Source: Pseudonocardia sp.
GTDB lineage: Bacteria; Actinomycetota; Actinomycetes; Mycobacteriales; Pseudonocardiaceae
NCBI RefSeq assembly: GCF_050250275.1
Contig: NZ_JBFWOY010000020.1
Location: 11,155-75,154 of the forward strand
Direction of reading: 5' to 3'
DNA length: 64,000 nucleotides
In this document: in pieces, positions 16,635 through 26,470 of the stretch
Numbering within the stretch: the first letter of the stretch is position 1
Layout of the letters: each line of letters opens with the position of its first letter
Translations under genes and position numbers: made by a program
The notes under the pieces: generated by a model
Told to the model about the DNA's origin: nothing
The model's input: the letters and a program-made list of their open reading frames with translations, nothing else
Databases searched by the model: none

Positions 16635-18524
16635 TCACGCCGTGCGCAGCAGCGGGCAGTCCAGCCAGCTCTCCGGGATCGCGAACGCGTCGACCAGGAG
16701 GCGGGCGTGCGGGCGCAGGCTCGCGCAGAGGTCGTTCACCGCGGCGGTGACGGCGCGCGACCCGGCGACCGTCAGCCGACCGTGTTCGAGGAACCAGGCC
16801 CGGTCGGCCTCGATCACCGAGAGCGCGTGCAGGTCGCGGACCTGGGCGAGCAGCTCGCGGGTCGGTGCGTCGGCCACCGAGTCGACGGCGCGGGCGACCG
16901 CGTCGTGGACGACGGCGTCGACGTGCGCGCGGGCGGCGTGCAGCAGGTGGTCCTGGGCGTCGTTGAAGATGCCGAACTGGCCCGACCCGGTGCGCAGGGC
17001 GGGGCGCAGCCGGCGGGCCAGGCTCGCGAGCAGGTGCTCCGCGCGGTCGTGCAGCAGCTCGTGCTGCGCCCCGGCCGACCGCGGATCGAGGGCCCGTACG
17101 CGGCGGGGCAGCTTGTTGAGCCCCGTCTTCTCGGCGACCGCCCCGGCGGCCACGCCCGCGGCGAACCTCGCCGTCGCGAGCGGACCCAGCTTCGCGACAC
17201 GGCTCCCGTACTCCGACAGCAGGCCCTTGGCGAGCAGCTGGAGCAGGACCGTGTTGTCGCCCTCGAACGTCGTGAAGACGTCGGAGTCGGCCTTGAGCTG
17301 TGGCAGCAGGTTCTCGGCGAGGTAGCCGGCCCCGCCGCACGCCTCCCGGCAGGCCTGGATCGTCGCGGTCGCGTGCCAGGTCGCGAGGGCCTTGAGCCCG
17401 GCCGCGCGGTACTCCAGGTCGCGCTGGGCCTTCTCGTCGGTGACGACGGCCCCGGGCGCCTGGATGCGGTGCATCTCCGCGACCAGGTCCTCCTGGGCGA
17501 AGTGCAGGGCATAGGTCGTGGCCAGGGCGGGGAGGAGCTTGCGCTGGTGGGCGCGGTAGTCGAGCAGCGCGACCTCCTCGCCGGTGGTGGGGTCGGCGAA
17601 CTGGCGGCGGGTGGCTCCGTAGCGGATCGCCAGTGCGAGTGCCTTCTGCGCCGCGCTGCCCGCGCCCCCGGCGACGCTGATCCGGCCGCGCACGAGCGTG
17701 CCGAGCATCGTGAAGAAGCGGCGGTTCTCGTTCTCGATCGAGCTGGAGTAGGTGCCGTCCTCGGCGACGTCGGCGAATCGGTTGAGCAGCACCTCGCGGG
17801 GGACGCGGACGTGGTCGAACACCAGTCGCCCGTTGTCGACGCCGTTCAGCCCGGCCTTCTCGCCGCAGTCGGAGATCGTGACCCCGGGCATCGCGGCGCC
17901 GGCGCCGTCACGGATGGGGACGAGGAATGCGTGCACGCCATGTGTGTCCCCGGCTGTGACGAGCTGGGCGAAGACGACGGCCATCTTCCCGTCGCGGGCG
18001 GCGTTGCCGATGTAGTCCTTGCGCGCGCCCGGCTCGGGGGTGTCGATGACGAACTCGCGGGTCGCCGGGTCGTAGGTCGCGGTGGTGCGCAGGTGCTGGA
18101 CGTCGGAGCCGTGGCCGGTCTCGGTCATCGCGAAGCAGCCGAGGAGCTCGCCGTCCATGATCGCGCGCAGGTACTCGTCGTGGTGGCGCGCCGTGCCGAG
18201 CACCTGCACCGCCCCGCCGAACAGGCCCCACTGCACGCCGGCCTTGACCAGCAGTGACAGGTCGCCGTAGCCGAGTGTCTGGAAGCTGACGACGGTTCCG
18301 CCGACGTCGCCCTCGCCGCCGTACTCGGGTGCGAACCCGGCGTGCGGGCGCTTCGTGGCGGCGAGCTCGTGCATGAGGTCGAGGACGCGGGCGCGGTACT
18401 CCTCGGTCGGGAGGCCGGGCTCGACGGGCCGGAACCTGCCCATCTGCTCCCGGACCTCCTCGCGCACAGGGGCCCAGCGGCCGTCGAGAAGGGTCTGGAG
18501 TGCAGTGCGACGAGGGTCTGTCAC
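16635..18524 (-). CDS. acyl-CoA oxidase (ACOX family, long acyl-CoA dehydrogenase-fold flavoenzyme)
   Basis: 629 aa from GTG 18524, in frame and overlapping the TetR stop as GTGA. CFAMTETGHGSDV, GVDNGRLVFDHVRVP, IQACREACGGAGY and a long C-terminal ACOX-type extension are present. Confidence 0.85.
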   Translation of the reverse strand: MTDPRRTALQTLLDGRWAPVREEVREQMGRFRPVEPGLPTEEYRARVLDLMHELAATKRPHAGFAPEYGGEGDVGGTVVSFQTLGYGDLSLLVKAGVQWGLFGGAVQVLGTARHHDEYLRAIMDGELLGCFAMTETGHGSDVQHLRTTATYDPATREFVIDTPEPGARKDYIGNAARDGKMAVVFAQLVTAGDTHGVHAFLVPIRDGAGAAMPGVTISDCGEKAGLNGVDNGRLVFDHVRVPREVLLNRFADVAEDGTYSSSIENENRRFFTMLGTLVRGRISVAGGAGSAAQKALALAIRYGATRRQFADPTTGEEVALLDYRAHQRKLLPALATTYALHFAQEDLVAEMHRIQAPGAVVTDEKAQRDLEYRAAGLKALATWHATATIQACREACGGAGYLAENLLPQLKADSDVFTTFEGDNTVLLQLLAKGLLSEYGSRVAKLGPLATARFAAGVAAGAVAEKTGLNKLPRRVRALDPRSAGAQHELLHDRAEHLLASLARRLRPALRTGSGQFGIFNDAQDHLLHAARAHVDAVVHDAVARAVDSVADAPTRELLAQVRDLHALSVIEADRAWFLEHGRLTVAGSRAVTAAVNDLCASLRPHARLLVDAFAIPESWLDCPLLRTA

Positions 18525-19153
18525 GGGGTCACCTCCGGGGTGCGCAGGCCGGCGAGCCCGGTCCAGGCGAGATCGGTGAGCCGGGCGGTGAGCTCGGCGC
18601 GGGTGGTGCCGTCGGGGCGGGCGAGCCAGTCGTCGGCGGCGCCGCGGACGAGGCCGACGATCGCGTGGCCCCAGGAGCGAGCGGCGCGTGCGTCGTGGAT
18701 GGACGACTCGATGACCTGGGCGACGTGGTCGCCGATCACCGTCGTCAGATCCGTCACGGGGTCCGTCGTACCGGCGTCGAGCAGCGGGCGGTGTACCACG
18801 AACCGGTACACCTCGCGGTCGTTCTCGATCAGCCACAGGTAGGCGTCGATGCCGGCGGCGACCATGGCGTGCGGGCTGCCGGTCTCGTCGCGCGCGGTGT
18901 CGACGGCGGCGCGGATGCGCGTGACGAGCGTTGCGGCGACGGCCTCGCAGACCGCGACGTAGAGGCCTGTCCGGTCCTGGAAGTGCCGGTAGACCACGGT
19001 TTTCGAGGTTCCGGCGGCGGCGGCGACGTCGTCCATGCCGACGCTCGCGCCGTGCACCCGGATCGCCTCGACGGCGGCGGTGACCAGCTCGGCGCGCCGT
19101 TGCTGCCGGTGGGAGTCCCAGCGGCTGTCGCGGCGGTCGCGGATCAGCTTCAC
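18521..19153 (-). CDS. TetR family transcriptional regulator (fatty-acid metabolism type)
   Basis: LVTAAVEAIRVHGASVGMDDVAAAAGTSKTVVYRHFQDRTGLY is the HTH. It is co-transcribed with the acyl-CoA oxidase and lies divergent from the thiolase operon. Confidence 0.9.
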   Translation of the reverse strand: MKLIRDRRDSRWDSHRQQRRAELVTAAVEAIRVHGASVGMDDVAAAAGTSKTVVYRHFQDRTGLYVAVCEAVAATLVTRIRAAVDTARDETGSPHAMVAAGIDAYLWLIENDREVYRFVVHRPLLDAGTTDPVTDLTTVIGDHVAQVIESSIHDARAARSWGHAIVGLVRGAADDWLARPDGTTRAELTARLTDLAWTGLAGLRTPEVTP

Positions 19154-19160
19154 GGGACCG

Positions 19161-19177
19161 ACAGTACCGTGTACTTT
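19161..19177. promoter_or_regulatory. palindromic operator candidate in the TetR/thiolase divergent region
   Basis: acAGTACcgtGTACTtt is a 5-3-5 perfect palindrome (6/7 when extended). It lies in the 64-bp gap between GTG 19153 (minus) and ATG 19218 (plus). Confidence 0.45.
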
Positions 19178-19217
19178 GGGTATCAGCTAGTTTCCGTTCG
19201 CACCCGAGGAGCACCAC

Positions 19218-20498
19218 ATGCCGGCCAGGCGCGCCGCCGTCATCGGCGGCAACCGCATCCCGTTCGCCCGCGCCAACAAGCGCTACGCCCGGGCGTCGAA
19301 CCTCGACATGCTCACCGCGACCCTCGACGGGCTCGTCGCCCGCTACGGCCTCTCCGGCGAGCGGCTCGGCGAGGTCGTCGCCGGTGCGGTCCTCAAGCAC
19401 TCGCGCGACTTCAACCTCACCCGCGAGGCCGTCCTCGGCAGCAGGCTCTCCCCCGCCACCCCCGCCTACGACCTCCAGCAGGCCTGCGGCACCGGCCTGG
19501 AGGCGACGATCGCCGTCGCCAACAAGATCGCCCTCGGGCAGGTCGAGTCCGGGGTCGCGGGTGGCGTCGACACCGCCTCCGACGCACCGATCGCCGTCAA
19601 CGAGGACCTGCGCAAGGTGCTCGTCGCGCTCAACTCGGCGCGCTCGCTCGGCGACCGGGTCAAGCTCCTCGGCAAGCTTCGGCCGGGACAGATCGTCCCC
19701 GAGATCCCGCGCAACGCCGAGCCGCGCACCGGCCTGTCGATGGGCGAGCACGCCGCGATCACCGCGAAGGAGTGGGGGATCGGCCGCACGGAGCAGGACG
19801 AGCTGGCCGCGGCCAGCCATCGCAACCTCGCCGCCGCGTACGAGCGCGGCTTCTTCGACGACCTCGTCACCCCCTACCTGGGCCTCACCCGCGACGACAA
19901 CCTCCGGCCCGACTCCTCGGTCGAGGCCCTCGCGAAGCTCAAGCCGGTCTTCGGCAAGGGCGACAACGCCACCATGACCGCGGGGAACTCCACCCCGCTG
20001 ACCGACGGCGCCGCCCTCGTCCTCCTCGGCTCCGACGAGTGGGCCGCCGCGCACCGGCTCCCGGTGCTGGCACACGTCGTCGACGCCGAGACCGCCGCGG
20101 TCGACTACGTCCACGGCCGCGACGGGCTGCTCACCGCCCCGGTGTTCGCCGTCCCGCGGCTGCTGGCGCGCGTCGGCATGTCGTTGCAGGACTTCGACTT
20201 CTACGAGATCCACGAGGCCTTCGCCTCCACCGTGCTCGCGACCACGAAGGCCTGGGAGGACCCGGCGTTCGCCAAGGAGCGCCTGGGTCTCGACGCCCCG
20301 CCCGGCCCGATCGACCGCTCCCGCCTCAACGTCACCGGGTCCTCGCTCGCCGCCGGGCACCCGTTCGCCGCGACCGGGGGCCGGATCGTCGCGACACTGG
20401 CGAAGCTGTTGCACGAGAAGGGCCCCGGCAGCCGTGGGCTGATCTCGATCTGCGCCGCCGGCGGTCAGGGCGTCGTCGCGATCCTGGAAGGTGCGTAA
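19218..20498 (+). CDS. acetyl-CoA C-acyltransferase (thiolase, FadA2-like)
   Basis: QACGTGLEA (active-site Cys), NATMTAGNSTPLTDGAA, YEIHEAFAS, and GHPFAATG plus CAAGGQG at the C-terminus. Confidence 0.93.
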   Translation: MPARRAAVIGGNRIPFARANKRYARASNLDMLTATLDGLVARYGLSGERLGEVVAGAVLKHSRDFNLTREAVLGSRLSPATPAYDLQQACGTGLEATIAVANKIALGQVESGVAGGVDTASDAPIAVNEDLRKVLVALNSARSLGDRVKLLGKLRPGQIVPEIPRNAEPRTGLSMGEHAAITAKEWGIGRTEQDELAAASHRNLAAAYERGFFDDLVTPYLGLTRDDNLRPDSSVEALAKLKPVFGKGDNATMTAGNSTPLTDGAALVLLGSDEWAAAHRLPVLAHVVDAETAAVDYVHGRDGLLTAPVFAVPRLLARVGMSLQDFDFYEIHEAFASTVLATTKAWEDPAFAKERLGLDAPPGPIDRSRLNVTGSSLAAGHPFAATGGRIVATLAKLLHEKGPGSRGLISICAAGGQGVVAILEGA

Positions 20499-21877
20499 TG
20501 CCGACCGACACCTTGCGGAACTGGTCCAACACCGGCCTCGCCCGCCGGCTCGGCGCCCCCCGCATCCCCGTCCTGCGCCGCTGGTCACCGGGCCGGCCGC
20601 TGCTGGACGGGCCCGCGCTCGTCACCTCCGTCGGCGGTGGGAGGTTCGCGAAGCCGATCGCGGCATTGATCACCGAGGAAGGCGCCACGGTCGTCACGGA
20701 GACGGGCGAGGACAGGCTCGCGGCCGTCGTCCTCGACCTGACCGAGATCGCCACACTCGCCGACCTCGCCGCGGCGCAGCGGATCCTGACCCCGGCGGTA
20801 CGCAAGCTCGCGCCGTCGGGTCGTCTCCTGCTGCTGGGTCCTGTGAGTGGCGACGGTCCCTACAGCGACCAGCACCGCTCACGAGGCGCCGAAGGCGCTG
20901 CCGTGGCGCAGGCGCTCGACGGGCTCGTCCGGTCCATCGGCAAGGAGCTGCGGGCGGGGGCGACGGCGAACCTGCTGGTCGTCGACCCGGACGCGGCGCC
21001 CGCGACCGTCGACTCCACGGTCCGGTTCTTCCTGTCCGCGCGGTCGGCCTACGTGGACGGGCAGGTCGTGCACCTCGGCGTGCCCGCCGGTGAGCCCGTC
21101 GACCCCACCGGGATGGACGACCCGAGCGACCCGGTGCGCCCCCTGGCCGGGCGGGTCGCCGTCGTCACCGGGGCCGCGCGCGGGATCGGCGCCGCCATCG
21201 CCGACACCCTCGCCCGCGACGGCGCGACGATCGTCGCCGTCGACATCCCCGCTGCGGGCGAAGGCCTCGCGGCCGTCGCGAACCGGACCGGCGGGACGGC
21301 GCTGCAGCTCGACATCACCGCGCCCGACGCCGCGGCGCGGCTCCTCTCCCATCTGCGGGAGCGGCACGGGCGCGTCGACCTCGTCGTCCACAACGCCGGC
21401 ATCACCCGCGACAAGCTGCTGGCCAACATGGACGACGACCGCTGGAACACGGTGCTCGCCGTCAACCTCGGCGCCCAGCTCACGATCAACGAGGCGCTGC
21501 TCGCCGCGCCCGACCTGCTCGGCGCGGACGCGCGCATCGTCTGCGTGTCGTCGCAGAGCGGGATCGCGGGGAACCGCGGCCAGACGAACTACGCCGCGTC
21601 CAAGGCCGGGATCATCGGCATGGTCCGCGCGCTCGCGCCGCGGTTCGCTGAGCACGGCGCCACCATCAACGCCGTCGCACCCGGCTTCATCGAGACCGAG
21701 ATGACCGCGACGATGCCGCTCGGCACCCGCGAGGCGGGGCGGCGGGTCAACAGCCTGCGCCAGGGCGGGCTGCCCGTCGACGTCGCCGAGACGATCGGCT
21801 GGCTGGGGCAGGCGTCGTCGGGCGCGGTGAACGGGCAGGTCGTGCGCGTGTGCGGCCAGTCGATCCTGGGGGCCTGA
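20498..21877 (+). CDS. two-domain 3-oxoacyl-(ACP/CoA) reductase, FabG4-like
   Basis: 459 aa. The N-terminal pseudo-SDR domain lacks TGxxxGxG. The C-terminal domain has VVTGAARGIGAAIA, HNAGITRD and YAASKAG. ATG overlaps the thiolase TAA by 1 nt. Confidence 0.88.
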   Translation: MPTDTLRNWSNTGLARRLGAPRIPVLRRWSPGRPLLDGPALVTSVGGGRFAKPIAALITEEGATVVTETGEDRLAAVVLDLTEIATLADLAAAQRILTPAVRKLAPSGRLLLLGPVSGDGPYSDQHRSRGAEGAAVAQALDGLVRSIGKELRAGATANLLVVDPDAAPATVDSTVRFFLSARSAYVDGQVVHLGVPAGEPVDPTGMDDPSDPVRPLAGRVAVVTGAARGIGAAIADTLARDGATIVAVDIPAAGEGLAAVANRTGGTALQLDITAPDAAARLLSHLRERHGRVDLVVHNAGITRDKLLANMDDDRWNTVLAVNLGAQLTINEALLAAPDLLGADARIVCVSSQSGIAGNRGQTNYAASKAGIIGMVRALAPRFAEHGATINAVAPGFIETEMTATMPLGTREAGRRVNSLRQGGLPVDVAETIGWLGQASSGAVNGQVVRVCGQSILGA

Positions 21878-22707
21878 TGTCGCTCGCGCCGTTGTACGCC
21901 AAGGCCGCCGTCGGGGCGGTGCTGCCCCGCCGCGGCACGGAACTGCCCGCCGGCGAGGTCGCCCGCGACGACGTCCTCGTCGACCGCGGGCACCTCGCCG
22001 ACTACGCGCGGGTCTGCGGGTTCGCGCTCTCGGACACGCTGCCGCCGACGTACCCGCACGTCCTCGGGTTCGCGCTGCAGGTCGAGCTGATGGCCCGGCG
22101 CAGCTTCCCGCTGGCGTTGCCGGGGCTGGTCCACGTACGCAACCGGATCGTCACCGCCCGGGCCGTCGACGCCGGCGAACTGCTGCGTGTCGCCGTGCAC
22201 GCGGAACGGTTCGTCGCCCATCCGAAGGGGGCGCAGGTCGACCTGGTCACGTCGATCTCCGTCGAGGGCGACGCCGTGTGGACCGGCCGGAGCACCTACC
22301 TCGCACGCGGGGCCCGGCCCCCCGCCGGTGCGATCGCGGCGACGGCCGACGAGCTGCCCGACGTGTCCGACGAGCCCGCCGCCGCGGTGTGGCACGTCGC
22401 CGCCGACACCGGGCGTCGGTACGCGGCGGTGTCCGGCGACGTCAACCCGATCCACCTGCACCCGTTGGGCGCCAAGGCCTTCGGCTTCCCGACGGCCATC
22501 GCCCACGGCATGTGGACCGCCGCCCGGTCGCTGGCGTCGCTGCAGGGCCGGACCGGCGACGCGATCGCCTACGACGTCGAGTTCCGCAAGCCACTGCGGC
22601 TGCCGTCGCGAGTCTCGCTGCGCACCAGGAGGACGGAGACCGGCTGGGACCTCGGCGTGGCAGAACGCGTCGAGCACCTGCGGGGCACCGTGCGCCGTTC
22701 GGACTAG
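21877..22707 (+). CDS. MaoC-like (R)-specific enoyl-CoA hydratase/dehydratase, HtdX-like
   Basis: Double hot-dog pattern with AAVSGDVNPIHLHPLGAKAFGFPTAIAHGM (the MaoC hydratase motif). ATG overlaps the upstream TGA. Confidence 0.85.
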   Translation: MSLAPLYAKAAVGAVLPRRGTELPAGEVARDDVLVDRGHLADYARVCGFALSDTLPPTYPHVLGFALQVELMARRSFPLALPGLVHVRNRIVTARAVDAGELLRVAVHAERFVAHPKGAQVDLVTSISVEGDAVWTGRSTYLARGARPPAGAIAATADELPDVSDEPAAAVWHVAADTGRRYAAVSGDVNPIHLHPLGAKAFGFPTAIAHGMWTAARSLASLQGRTGDAIAYDVEFRKPLRLPSRVSLRTRRTETGWDLGVAERVEHLRGTVRRSD

Positions 22708-22718
22708 AGTCCCGCGCC

Positions 22719-24194
22719 ATGGGACTGGGGCGGTCGGTCGTCGGCTGGCCCGTCCGGATGCTGCTCGGCGGCGTCGTCGCCACCGCGAACCTGACCGGCA
22801 CCGCCATCGTCGTGGCGCTGGCGGCGTGGGCGCTGCCCACCGGCGACGTCGCCGACGTCGACCGCGTCCGCGCCGTCAACCTGCTCGTCCTCGCCGGGTA
22901 CCTGCTGGTCGCGGTGCCGCTCGGGCTGCTGTGGGGCGGGCTGCTGCTGCGCACCCGCCGCGACGACGCCGCCGACCAGCGCCGCCTCGTCCTCTACGGC
23001 CCGCTGCGGCTGGCCACCGTCCAGGCGGTGCTCTGGCTCGTCGCCACCGTGCTGTTCGTGCTGGTCAACCTGCAGTACGCGTGGCGGCTCGCGCTCAGCG
23101 TCGGCGAGACGATCCTCATCGGCGGCATCACGACGACCGCCCTGTCGTACCTGCTCGCCGAGCGCATCCTGCGCCCCGCCGCCGCGCGGGTGCTCGCCGA
23201 CCGGCCGCCGCGGCAGCGGATGCGCTTCGGCGTGCTGATGCGCTCGGTGCTGTTCTGGGCGCTGGGCACGGCCGTGCCCGTCGTCGGACTGATCCTCTCG
23301 GCGGTGTCGGCGCTGGTCTTCCAGGACGTACCGGCCGGCCAGCTCGCGACGATCGTGATCGCGGTCGGGCTCGTCGCCCTCGCTGCCGGCTTCCTGACGA
23401 CCGTCGGCGCCGCCCGCGCGGTCGCGGACCCGGTGGCGGCGGTGCGCCGCGCCCTGCACCGGGTGGAGGGTGGCGACCTCGACGCCCGCGTCCCCGTCTA
23501 CGACGCCACCGAGCTGGGCATGCTGCAGGTCGGCTTCAACACGATGACCGACGGGCTGCGCGAGCGGGAACGGCTGCACGACCTGTTCGGGCGGCAGGTC
23601 GGCCGCGACGTCGCGACCCTCGCCGCGGCGGCCGGCGAGGTCGAGCTCGGCGGCGAGGTCCGGTACGTCGCGGTGCTGTTCGTCGATCTGGTCGGGTCGA
23701 CGCAGATGGCCGCGCAGCGTCCCCCGGCCGAGGTCGTCGCCCTGCTCAACCGCTTCTTCGGGGTCGTCGTCGAGGTCGTGGAGGGCTGCGGCGGGTGGAT
23801 CAACAAGTTCGAGGGCGACGCTGCGCTGGCCGTCTTCGGGGCCCCCGCCACGCTCGACGACCCCGCCGGTCAGGCCCTCTGCGCCGCCCGCACCCTCGCC
23901 GCGCGGCTGGGCCAGGAGCTGCCCGGTACGACCGCCGGGATCGGCGTCTCGGCGGGTGACGCGGTGGCGGGCAACGTCGGCGACCCGCGGCGCTACGAGT
24001 ACACGGTGATCGGCGACCCCGTGAACGAGGCCGCACGGCTGACCGAGCTGGCGAAGGCGTCCGACGGCCGGGTGCTGGCGTCGGCTGCGGCCGTCGCGTC
24101 AGCCGACCCGCGCGAGGCGGCCCGCTGGCGTCTGGGCGATGCGGTCACCCTCCGCGGCCGCACGGACCCGACCCGGCTCGCGACCCCCTCGTGA
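22719..24194 (+). CDS. membrane-anchored adenylate/guanylate cyclase with HAMP domain (class III)
   Basis: Multiple N-terminal TM helices, then a HAMP-like PVAAVRRALHRVEGGDLDARVPV, then the cyclase core VAVLFVDLVGST...GDAALAVFGAP...GIGVSAGDAVAGNVG...YTVIGDPVNEAARL. Confidence 0.92.
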   Translation: MGLGRSVVGWPVRMLLGGVVATANLTGTAIVVALAAWALPTGDVADVDRVRAVNLLVLAGYLLVAVPLGLLWGGLLLRTRRDDAADQRRLVLYGPLRLATVQAVLWLVATVLFVLVNLQYAWRLALSVGETILIGGITTTALSYLLAERILRPAAARVLADRPPRQRMRFGVLMRSVLFWALGTAVPVVGLILSAVSALVFQDVPAGQLATIVIAVGLVALAAGFLTTVGAARAVADPVAAVRRALHRVEGGDLDARVPVYDATELGMLQVGFNTMTDGLRERERLHDLFGRQVGRDVATLAAAAGEVELGGEVRYVAVLFVDLVGSTQMAAQRPPAEVVALLNRFFGVVVEVVEGCGGWINKFEGDAALAVFGAPATLDDPAGQALCAARTLAARLGQELPGTTAGIGVSAGDAVAGNVGDPRRYEYTVIGDPVNEAARLTELAKASDGRVLASAAAVASADPREAARWRLGDAVTLRGRTDPTRLATPS

Positions 24195-24391
24195 GCCGTT
24201 CACGGGCTCTGGGCCACGCAGATCCGGTCCGTCGCCCTCGACCGGAACGCTTCCGGCGTCACCGCCGGGAGCGTCAGGGCGGGGTCACGACCCATCTTCG
24301 TTGTGGTCAGGATCTGTCCACAAGCCCTCGTAGAGTTGTCCTCAACGGATTCGGAGGCACACTCCGGACCATCCGATGAGAGGACGACACC

Positions 24392-24772
24392 ATGGCCATC
24401 ACCGACTGGCGCATCGAGCTCATCCACCTCCCCGTCGCCGACGTCGAGCGCGCCAAGCACTTCTACGTCGACACCATCGGCTTCACCCTCGACCACGACC
24501 ACCAGATGGGCCCCGACCTGCGGTTCGTGCAGATCACCCCGCAGGGCTCCGCGTGCTCGTTCACGATCGGGACGGGCCTGACCGACATGGAGCCGGGCAG
24601 TCTCAAGGGCATCCAGGTCGTCGTCCCCAGCGCCGCCGACGCGCTCGAGCACCTGCGCGGCAAGGGCGTCGAAGCCTCCGACGTCGACGACCAGCCCTGG
24701 GGCCGCTTCGTCTACTTCACCGATCCCGACGGCAACGCCTGGGTGCTGCAGGAGCTGGTCGTCCCGTCCTGA
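24392..24772 (+). CDS. VOC (glyoxalase) family protein
   Basis: HLPVADVERAKHFYVDTIGF...FTDPDGNAWVLQE. Confidence 0.88.
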   Translation: MAITDWRIELIHLPVADVERAKHFYVDTIGFTLDHDHQMGPDLRFVQITPQGSACSFTIGTGLTDMEPGSLKGIQVVVPSAADALEHLRGKGVEASDVDDQPWGRFVYFTDPDGNAWVLQELVVPS

Positions 24773-24780
24773 CGCGAACC

Positions 24781-24940
24781 CGCGCGCAACCCCACTGCTG
24801 CCGACGGGCCCGCGTGCGACCGTGAGGTTGCGCCCGATCGTTCGCGCGCAACCCCACTGCTCTCTGGACGACCCGGGACGACCGTGGGGTTGCGCGCGGA
24901 TCGTCGAGCCGGGCGGGCGCGGGTCGTCGAGCCGGGCGGG
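24781..24940. repeat. tandem GGTTGCGC-core palindromic repeat units plus a 17-bp direct repeat filling an intergenic region
   Basis: Unit A is gcgcaaccccac (24784-95) paired with gtgaggttgcgc (24822-33), 1 mismatch. Unit B is cgcgcgcaaccccac (24843-57) paired with gtggggttgcgcgcg (24884-98), a perfect 15-bp stem. tcgtcgagccgggcggg is repeated at 24901-17 and 24924-40. Confidence 0.75.
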
Positions 24941-24955
24941 GGGCGCGCTGGGCCG

Positions 24956-25804
24956 TCAGGCCTGGCGGAAGCGGACCGGCTGGCCGGGGCGGACCTGCGC
25001 AGCCCGGTCCACGTCGCGGTCCCGCACCACACCGACCACCGGGTAGCCGCCGGTCAGCGGGTGGTCGGCGAGGAACAGGACCGGCTGCCCGCCCGGCGGC
25101 AGCTGGATCGCGCCACGGACCAGGCCCTCGCTGGGCAGCTCCGCGTCGTCACGACGGCGCAGCGGCTCCCCGGTCAGCCGCAGCCCCACGCGGTCGCTGC
25201 GGTCCGACGCGGTCCACGTCGTCGCGACGAGGGCGTCGGGATCGGCGAGGCGGTCGTCGCGGGGGCCGGGCACGATCCGCAGCAGGACCGGCCCGGCCTC
25301 GGGCAGCGCGACGGGCGCGACGTCGACCAGCGGGAAGCCCGCCGGCATCGGCCCGACCGGCAGCCGCACCCCGACCTGCAGGGGCGGCGGGCCGACACCG
25401 GAGAGGGTGTCGGTGCTGCGGGAGCCGAGCACCGGGTCGACGACGATCCCGCCGCGGACGGCGAGGTAGGTCCGCAGCCCCCGGTCGGGGGTGCCCAGCC
25501 CCAGCTCGGCCCCCGCGCGCAGCGGTATCACGGCGTTGTGCCCCATGGCCTTCCCGTCGAGGATCGCCGGAGCGGGTGCCCCCGTCAGGGCGACCACGAG
25601 GTCTCGCTCCGCGCGCACCCGCAGCCCGCCGAGCAGCACCTCCACCGACGCCGCGTCGGGTGGGTTGGCCACGAGCCGGTTCCCCAGCGCCCACGCCGCC
25701 CGGTCGGCGGCGCCCGAGCGGCCCACGCCGATCGAGGCGAGGCCGATGCGACCGGCGTCCTGCAGCAGCGCACGCGGGCCCGTCGCCAGCACGGTGAGGC
25801 TCAT
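24956..25804 (-). CDS. pxpC: 5-oxoprolinase subunit C (biotin-independent carboxyltransferase-like, KipA/allophanate hydrolase subunit 2)
   Basis: [20 protein letters not shown]....GV..SGAADR and the C-terminal [19 protein letters not shown] 25804 overlaps the pxpB stop (ATGA). Confidence 0.88.
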   Translation of the reverse strand: MSLTVLATGPRALLQDAGRIGLASIGVGRSGAADRAAWALGNRLVANPPDAASVEVLLGGLRVRAERDLVVALTGAPAPAILDGKAMGHNAVIPLRAGAELGLGTPDRGLRTYLAVRGGIVVDPVLGSRSTDTLSGVGPPPLQVGVRLPVGPMPAGFPLVDVAPVALPEAGPVLLRIVPGPRDDRLADPDALVATTWTASDRSDRVGLRLTGEPLRRRDDAELPSEGLVRGAIQLPPGGQPVLFLADHPLTGGYPVVGVVRDRDVDRAAQVRPGQPVRFRQA

Positions 25805-26415
25805 CGGTGGACCTGCACGAACCTGACCCGGTCGCCGGGTGCGAGCAGGGCGGGCGGGTCGCGGTCGATGTCCCACATCGGCGCGTCGGTCCGGCCGAGC
25901 AGCTGCCAGCCGCCGGGTGTGGAACGGGGGTAGACGGCCGAGAACTCGTCCGCGAGCCCGACCGCCCCCGCGGGGACACGGGTGCGCGGCTCGTCGCGAC
26001 GCGGAACCCGGAGCCGCGGGTCGCCGTCGACGAGGTAGGCGAAGCCCGGCGCGAATCCGGCGAACGCCACCCGCCACTGCGATCCGGTGTGGGCGGCGAC
26101 CACCTCACGAGGGGACAGACCGGTGCGGGCGGCGATCTCGTCGAGGTCGGGCCCGTCGTAGACGACGGGGATCTCCACGGGGCCGGCCGCGCGTGTCGCG
26201 GCGGCCTCGGCCGGGGGGAGGGCGGAGACGGTGCGGCGCAGCGCCCCGAGGTCGGCGCCGGGTCCGGTGACGACGAGGACGGTCCGCGCGGCGGGGACGA
26301 CGTCGAGCACCTCGGGCAGGGCCGCGGCGCGGACGGCCGCGGCGAGGGCGACCGCGTCGTCGAGGGTGTCGACCTCGAAGAGGACGGCGGCGTCCCCGCA
26401 GGCCAGCGCCCTCAC
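25801..26415 (-). CDS. pxpB: 5-oxoprolinase subunit B (KipI/allophanate hydrolase subunit 1)
   Basis: [34 protein letters not shown] and [15 protein letters not shown]. The start is uncertain (GTG 26415 or GTG 26481). Confidence 0.85.
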   Translation of the reverse strand: MRALACGDAAVLFEVDTLDDAVALAAAVRAAALPEVLDVVPAARTVLVVTGPGADLGALRRTVSALPPAEAAATRAAGPVEIPVVYDGPDLDEIAARTGLSPREVVAAHTGSQWRVAFAGFAPGFAYLVDGDPRLRVPRRDEPRTRVPAGAVGLADEFSAVYPRSTPGGWQLLGRTDAPMWDIDRDPPALLAPGDRVRFVQVHR

Positions 26416-26470
26416 GACCCGCGCACCGCGGTCGGCCCGCCGGTCGCGCCCACCGGTCGCGGAGCCGGGC

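Noticed and set aside
24200-24652. 150-aa minus-strand ORF overlapping the VOC gene, and the possibility of a riboswitch or sRNA in the AT-richer leader 24290-24391
   Set aside because: The ORF is antisense to a clear VOC gene and is Asp/Gly/Val shadow sequence. I could not recognise any known riboswitch consensus in the leader, only weak imperfect repeats (TGTCCACAA / TTGTCCTCA), so I make no call.
24781-24940. Possible CRISPR array
   Set aside because: There are only two palindromic units and a two-copy 17-bp repeat. The would-be spacers are related to each other, the units are imperfect inverted repeats rather than direct repeats with unique spacers, and no cas genes are in the window.
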